A stretch of 64,000 bases of DNA, taken from a virus. The notes beneath the pieces were generated by a model that worked only from the letters and a program-made list of their open reading frames with translations, had not been told where the DNA came from and did no database searches. Positions 58,002-64,000 of this stretch are shown one piece after another. A program made the translations under genes and the position numbers. Positions within the stretch are counted from its first letter, which is position 1. Every line of letters starts with the position of its first letter. The stretch covers positions 64,001 to 128,000 of IMG/VR virus record IMGVR_UViG_3300025687_000001; one strand, 5' to 3'.

Positions 58002-58163
58002 ATCAATGATATCCTCTATTACTTCTAACAGAGAACCCCTGTTTTCAATGATTACGCGGACTTAGCCAGTAAGCTTCGAAATTTTCGAACGCGCTCTAAG
58101 TACTGGAATCTATTGGGAAATCAGACACAAGTCTCACGTTATAACTAACAATCCTTTTTTCCC

Positions 58164-58749
58164 TTTAATTTCAAGGGTTTCGACTTTTGGTTTTCGATTG
58201 TCAATAAGTTTCAAGTACTTAGGCGTTGCCCTGCGCGAGCAGCCGCCTCGAAAAGTGGCCCTAATGCGCTGATTTCATTGAGAAATTCGCTGCATCTATA
58301 TCTTTATGGGAGAGGTTTTGCGCACCATAACCTAATACCCAAAACCCTGGCTACTAGAGTAGCCGACAAAAGAGCGGCATAGAATTGTAAAATTCCATAA
58401 GCAAATCTTATGGTAACCCAACACTGCAAGCTCAAGCAGCGCTAATAGGCTTTCTCGACCCTCAGGAGAAAATTTTGACTTTTGAGATTACTAACACAAA
58501 TAACAAATAAGCTTTAATGAGTAATAAAAGCTTCTACTTCTTATGCATTGAGACATAAATGTCCCAGCAGATTTCGTTTGTAAGCTCTTTACCCAGTACT
58601 CTCTCATAAAGATATAGATATAGGTAAAAAGGTAATAGTTTTAGTTAGTTAGGGTCACTTTTGCAGGCGGCTGCTCGCGCAGGGCAGTCTCTAACTACCC
58701 GGAATCTATGCGCATTTGCTTTTCGAAAGTCGAACTCGTTGAAATCATT
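58164..58749. repeat. AT-rich element with about 150-bp collinear inverted arms
   Basis: Perfect 22-bp pair 58227-58248/58665-58686 and 20/21 pair 58294-58314/58599-58619 on the same axis. Confidence 0.85.
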
Positions 58750-59108
58750 AAGAATTTCCCGATTTTCAGCTATGCAAAAAGTATAAGGTGTAACTTTACC
58801 GTATGACTAGATTTTGAAATCTCTACTATTCCTCACAAGCTTCTATTCCCGCGGACGTTTTTGCTCTAATACTTCTACGCCGACATGTAGGTATAGAAAC
58901 TACTTCTACTGAGACCTTAGCACCTCACTTTTTGCAGCACACGCACCTACATGTACTGCGCTGTCGTATCAGCGTTCACATCAAAAACAGTGCTCTCGCC
59001 CTCCGCACTTTCTAAATCCCCCAAATCCTCCACCAACCCCCTCCCTCGCTCAAATTCCGCCCCCGACCCAAATCGCGCTACTCTTTCCGCACAACAACAA
59101 CCGGCTTC

Positions 59109-59118
59109 CTGGTAAAAG
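59109..59118 (+). promoter_or_regulatory. promoter motif CTGGTAAAAG
   Basis: 6 nt before ATG 59125. Confidence 0.6.
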
Positions 59119-59124
59119 AACACG

Positions 59125-59526
59125 ATGAGCAACCCCCCAACTCCACCCTGGGTCCGAACTACCGCGCGACTCGTTCGCACGAAGGAATTCAAGACCCTCC
59201 TGGAGTCGTTGATGCCCCCACACAAGGCACGCATCCTCGCTGAGGCATTGACGAACTACTACTCTGTAGACAGAAACCCAGAAGCCCGAGAGAACTACTG
59301 GGATGAGTTCACTGATCCGGGCCTAGAGCTGTGCTTTGACAAACACGGCCCCCGCTTCGAAGGCAGCGCAGGCAGCGCAAGCAGCGCAAGCAGCGCAAAC
59401 AAGGCCCTCCAAGCAATCGTGGCCACCGTAGCCCCCTCTCACCCCTCTACCCGCCCCCCACACTCCGCTCAAACCCCCGCGCCCACGCCCACCCAACTCT
59501 CTGCTAGCCCTAATGAGCGCAAGTAA
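59125..59526 (+). CDS. hypothetical protein
   Basis: Follows the promoter motif. Confidence 0.5.
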   Translation: MSNPPTPPWVRTTARLVRTKEFKTLLESLMPPHKARILAEALTNYYSVDRNPEARENYWDEFTDPGLELCFDKHGPRFEGSAGSASSASSANKALQAIVATVAPSHPSTRPPHSAQTPAPTPTQLSASPNERK

Positions 59527-61607
59527 GACGTACGCGCGTACAACCGAGCAAGTTTCTGCCACCCCCAGCACCTCCGCCACCCCCGACCCCATCGACTGGC
59601 TCACCACCGACGCAGGGTTGGCGTGGCTTCGCTGGCTCACCCTGCCTGTAGTCGTACGCCCGTGGTTCCCTACGGGAGTAGTGGCAGTTGCCGCAAACCC
59701 TATAACCACCACCTCCGCCAGCGCTTTGCGAGACTTCGCCGCCAAGCTCCACGACACCAGCCGCTTGTTGTTGGCAGTCTTGCCCTCCTCCGCAGATAAC
59801 CTATTGGCGGGCGCTTACTTGGACACAAGCACAGCCCGATTATTCACTCGAACAATGCGTAACGTAACTCTCGCCAATACCGCCTCTCTCTGCGACCTCC
59901 AGGACCCCCTCGAGCTCCACAAATGGCTGACAGAGCAAGCAGCGCTAGTGCACCAACAGCACTAGCACCACACCTAAGCGACGAAGAAGAGCTAGCCTGC
60001 CTGGTGCGTACCCTGGCACCCACTACTCTCCTGGCTGGCTACGAGCTCGTGCACCAAGACCTTACAGACAAGAGGTACTGGCGCTTCGTGTTGGATGACG
60101 TAGCTGGCGAGTTCAGCCAGACTTCCACCGACCTCGACGTCTGGCAGCTCCCCTGCACCTCCGCCACACACCCCACCCCCGCCTGCATAATGGCAATCAA
60201 TCCTTACGCTGACTGCATGCGAGTCGTTTGGATTGAGGGAGACCCGTCACGTGAGCTTATGGGACCAAGCATCAAGCTAGCTACATTCGACTTCCCGGAA
60301 CCTCTCTTCCCGGTCACCCCCACCACCCAGCTTGAGTTTTACACGTGGCTAGTAGAGTGCAAGAAGAAGTACCTGGCGCCATCCAGAACACAGTCGCCCA
60401 GTTAGCTGGGTTTGTGTACTCTTACGAAGAGGCCACGTTACCTGCTTACTGGGAGACCTTCCTTGATCACTACCCAGACCGCGCTTTCTCCACAGCGGAC
60501 TGCGCGTTTTATGTCTGGGAATACACCATAAAGCGATAGTGTCGCTCAACCCCTACCCACCCCCAGGCCGCAGTCCCTACTTGGTTAGCCCCTCCGTTCC
60601 ACACGGGACTTTTCCTCTTCAGGTCTCTCAGGATTCTCCAAACCCATTGGACACCCAGCACTACCTGGATTTCTATGTAGGGCTGACCCGTCTGCGCCTG
60701 GCAGTGTTCCCAGCGCCGCCAGGAGCACCATGACCCCAGAAGAAATCGCAGCAGCACTAACAGCGCTAGCACCGACAGCAGCGCTAGCAGGGTACGTCTC
60801 TACAAAACCTACCAGCGTCTCTGCTGGCCTCGGTGCCAACGCCCACTATGACCCGCGGTTCTGGCAGCGCACGTTGGACAATTACCAGGGGTTTAATGAA
60901 CAGGTAGCTGTGTGGGATATCTGGGTATACGAAGCAACTGGCAATGACACCGGAAGCAACGACTTACGGGCAGTCATCATTGCTGTAAACCCATATGCCC
61001 GCGCCCTACAGTGGGTGTGTGCTTTCCCAGCTACGCCAACCCTAATAGAAGCAAGGTTCCGACTCCCTACTAACACCAGCACCAACACACCCTACCCACC
61101 CTTTTTCCACTGGGAACTATACACGTGGCTATGTACCTGTCGAAAGAAAAGCCTTACGGCGACCTTCCAAACCCAGTAAGATACAAACTCCTGGTCGACT
61201 TCGTAAACATGGCAGAGAAGGTCCTGCTACTCACTGCCTTGCCAGTGCGGCTGGGCGACTCTCCAGAGTATTACAGGCATATCTTGTTGCCTACGTACGA
61301 GACATGGAAGCGGGATGTGTTCAACCGCTGTGCGCGCAACCCCGTCCCTAGCCCCAGCGGGCATCCCTGTGCTGATTACTACAACCACCTGGCTTTGGTG
61401 TACACAGAGCCGGAAGGCGAGCGCGCCTCGAACACTCAGACAGAATCCTGGGTCTTCTGTCTGAGTGTGGTTGACTTGACTCTGTGCACCTTCAGCAGCA
61501 GCATATCGGGCCCAGCATACATCCGTCCCATGCCAGACCCACGCACCCCCAATGCTCCGACAGAGCTACTGGAATACATCCTAATGTGTCATAAGGCACT
61601 AACATGA
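59513..61607 (+). other. right block of small paralogous CDSs
   Basis: 59513, 59923, 60345/60539, 60730 and 61125 share subsets of LAG[YF], [FY]W..LD, NPY and ELY.WL-like motifs. Confidence 0.6.
60345..60733 (+). pseudogene. paralogue split by a frameshift
   Basis: First frame AQLAGFVY..YWETFLD..VWEY; second frame HKAIVSLNPY..YLDFYVGL aligns with neighbours. Confidence 0.55.
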
Positions 61608-62479
61608 CACCAGCAATACTGCTCAACCCCTTCTTCACTGCCATCACGCAAAGCACGCAGCGTACGGCAACGTTCTACATGTTTCAGTACTCGCCGGAGT
61701 CTTACCCGCCGGCGCCAGCCCCGGTGGCCAACACTTTGCTCCAGTACACAGTGCACACGCCGCCCTCTCTCGCGAGCACTGCTCTCGCAGCTGTTCCTTC
61801 TCCAACAGCAGCGCTAGCAGCGTACGTTCCCTCCCCACTAAGAGAGCTAGCGCTGCTAAACATGGTAAACGTGGGGGGACTCCCGCTCTTTGTACCTTGC
61901 GTAGACATGAAGACGGCCTCTTTTCGCACTGCCGGGCTCACGCCGGGCGCTTACATGACCATCGTACAAGACGTCGCAGAGATGGAAGACTACCTTGGGT
62001 TGCCAGCCATGATTTTCGACACGGGCAATTCTTATCATGTGTACTTCGAAGGGCTGTTGACTCAGAGTGCGCACGAGACGTGGTTGGGGTGGCTACGCGA
62101 CCTGGCTGAATCGGCGCAGTCGGACATTCGCTCACCGCAGATAGACTACACTTGGGTCAGGAACACCATCGACCGCAGGGTAGCAACGCTTCGGTGGACG
62201 CACACCACGCGGAGCAAGCAGCAAATCAAGCATTTGCCAACGCTTGCGTACATGCCACACGCGTCTGACAGCTCTCCGCTGGTCCCGCGGACCTGGCTGG
62301 ACCCTGAACACCCCGAAAACCCGTTCACTGCCCACCCAGCCCTCGGTCACAGCAGGTATTATGACGCGCGAACGCTGCCGCTGCCTCCGAACCCAGACCC
62401 GGATTTGCGGCCTGTTTTTGCTCGCACCAAAGCCGCCAGCATCTCCACCCCCAAAGCGAACTACACATGGACTCTCTGA
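61604..62479 (+). CDS. possible AEP primase-like protein
   Basis: PCVD, DTGNSYHVY, D..W....LR motifs. Confidence 0.4.
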   Translation: MTPAILLNPFFTAITQSTQRTATFYMFQYSPESYPPAPAPVANTLLQYTVHTPPSLASTALAAVPSPTAALAAYVPSPLRELALLNMVNVGGLPLFVPCVDMKTASFRTAGLTPGAYMTIVQDVAEMEDYLGLPAMIFDTGNSYHVYFEGLLTQSAHETWLGWLRDLAESAQSDIRSPQIDYTWVRNTIDRRVATLRWTHTTRSKQQIKHLPTLAYMPHASDSSPLVPRTWLDPEHPENPFTAHPALGHSRYYDARTLPLPPNPDPDLRPVFARTKAASISTPKANYTWTL

Positions 62480-63372
62480 GCTACATCCTCAAGACGCGCA
62501 TGCCGGAGCACCTGGACACGTTCAAGAGGCACTCTCTGCCACTGGAGTGGTCACGGCTCACGCAGAAGCGCTTGCTGTACCACCCGGACACGCGTGCGAT
62601 CTGGAACCAGCTGAGGTACTACGGGCTGCCAATGTACGCAGCGCAAGCAGCGCATGCAGCGAAAGCAGCGCTCATGCCGCTCTCAAGCCACAAACACACA
62701 CCTGCCATCTACGAGGGCCTGAACTTTGACCTGATGGACCTCTCCCGCACGGTGTGGGGTACGCTTGAGCTTCCGGCGTGCAGCTTTGTTGGAGCAGACC
62801 TCTCCCACTCCAACTTCTCTCGAGCCAATCTCACCAACACCGACTTCACGTACGCCAAAGCCACCAACGCGAAGTTCTCTCGTACGTTGGACCTGAGGCA
62901 CATTTCGTACCTGCGTAGCCGTACTCCGGCAATCAATAAGCGCCCCACCATGTACCACGACCGAGCGCGAGACGGCTCGGCAACACTATGGCCTTTGGAG
63001 GACTTTCAGCGCGCCCCCGACGCCCCGCCCCCCAAGCCACTCCCACCATCGCCAAAAGCGCCAGCGTCGCGGTCGGTGTTGTGCTTGTGTACACTGCACC
63101 ACTGGCATGCACGAGCCTTTCTGGCTCGACGAGCGTTGCGCACGTGGAAGTGGAAGTACCAACACGAGTGGGTGATTCACTTCCCGACAGGCTTTACCCC
63201 CGAAACCCGTCAAGCCGTCCGCATTCTACGCGCGTACGGGTACATTCCACACCTGCTGGCCGTCGAGTTGCACAGCGCGGGCTGGGAAGCTGGAGTGTTT
63301 TCGAGCTTTCTGCCGATGCCGGTTAGCGGTACTGAGTGGGAGACAGTGCGGGTGGTAGAGCGGCGGTTGTGA
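62467..63372 (+). CDS. pentapeptide repeat protein
   Basis: ACSFV GADLS HSNFS RANLT NTDFT YAKAT NAKFS. Confidence 0.75.
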   Translation: MDSLSYILKTRMPEHLDTFKRHSLPLEWSRLTQKRLLYHPDTRAIWNQLRYYGLPMYAAQAAHAAKAALMPLSSHKHTPAIYEGLNFDLMDLSRTVWGTLELPACSFVGADLSHSNFSRANLTNTDFTYAKATNAKFSRTLDLRHISYLRSRTPAINKRPTMYHDRARDGSATLWPLEDFQRAPDAPPPKPLPPSPKAPASRSVLCLCTLHHWHARAFLARRALRTWKWKYQHEWVIHFPTGFTPETRQAVRILRAYGYIPHLLAVELHSAGWEAGVFSSFLPMPVSGTEWETVRVVERRL

Positions 63373-63795
63373 GTACCAAACCGGGCCTATGGGCAGGCGG
63401 CATTCACGCAGCGCAAGTCAAGTTTGACGCCTGCTGCGAGGTGCTGTGGATGTTGGGGTGGCAAGACATTCACGGTCCTCAGATTATTCTTCACACAGGG
63501 TACGATCGAATGAAGCGCGTGTTTCGGCTCTCTACAAACCCCGCGATTTTGCTCCCCCACCGAGCTCGAGTGTTTTTTTGGGCACGGCGCCGCAGACTAC
63601 AGCCGAGGGGCCTATGTCCGCGTGGAGGTGGTAGTGACCACACCGCCAGAACCGGGCCAACACCCCTACCTGCTCTACGACGGTGACGGGTGTCCCCGAC
63701 CTCCTAGCTTTGTTGTCGTACAATGGGACAACCTACAAGCCCTAGGAGAAGCACTCTATGAATACACTGCTGCAGCGATTAGCGGACGCATTTGA
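63369..63795 (+). pseudogene. array paralogue frameshifted at a T7 run
   Basis: LWMLGW N-terminal motif; deleting one T at 63573-63579 restores an ORF ending LQALGEALYEY.. Confidence 0.5.
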
Positions 63796-64000
63796 GCTGA
63801 TGGGGTGGGAGGAGACTCCTCCTCCGTCTCGTAGGTACAACCAAGACGCGCCTCTCGACAATCCAGGGAGGTTTAAGTTTCCGGAGTCCCTGACAACCAA
63901 GAAGACCCCCAACACGCCGGTAGCGGTGCGAAGGTTTTCGCCGCCGCCAGAGTCCCCTGCCTACCCGCTAACAGCGCTAGCAACGCAAGTAGCGTCAGGC
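63758..64000 (+). CDS. array paralogue (partial)
   Basis: MNTLLQRLADAFELMGW, GGAG RBS. Confidence 0.5.
   Translation, partial: MNTLLQRLADAFELMGWEETPPPSRRYNQDAPLDNPGRFKFPESLTTKKTPNTPVAVRRFSPPPESPAYPLTALATQVASG

Noticed and set aside
58164-58749. IS or MITE
   Set aside because: No transposase or target-site duplication; conservation is in spaced boxes rather than at the ends.
1-64000. Stop-codon recoding (TAG or TGA)
   Set aside because: Long ORFs are intact in the standard code, TAG and TGA stops abut the next starts, and no suppressor tRNA is present (the TAG anticodon is Leu).
1-64000. CRISPR array
   Set aside because: No regularly spaced direct repeats with unique spacers seen.

Overview
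This 64-kb window is part of a large (probably jumbo) GC-rich myovirus-like phage genome read in the standard genetic code. Layout: (1) 1-17.6 kb, minus-strand baseplate/tail operon with a gp25-like gene, a baseplate J-like gene, a tape-measure candidate, a tail chaperone pair joined by a -1 slippery heptamer and an embedded sigma-70 family sigma factor. (2) 17.6-21.3 kb, RavA/MoxR-like AAA ATPase plus vWA partner, bracketed by structured non-coding RNA candidates. (3) 21.3-25.5 kb, amidase, tail-fibre-like protein, a Gln-rich protein and a putative internal head protein. (4) 27.4-30.5 kb, 11 tRNAs, MazG and further structured RNAs. (5) 30.7-38 kb, putative virion-ejected proteins, including a 2222-aa polyvalent protein (PolX-like, ART-like, GNAT, LigD phosphoesterase, two permuted NlpC/P60 and HExxH domains) punctuated by K-x-[A/S/G] motifs. 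(6) 38-44.4 kb, DenV-family glycosylase, a PAS histidine kinase with three output-less receiver proteins, and an HTH-metallophosphoesterase. (7) 44.4-64 kb, small probable early genes, including about 24 divergent paralogues with several decaying members, interrupted by an AT-rich 586-bp inverted-repeat element (origin or terminus candidate). A recurring extended -10-like motif often sits 5-8 nt before ATG, suggesting leaderless transcripts. All calls are from visual motif recognition; no searches were run and the host is not determined.
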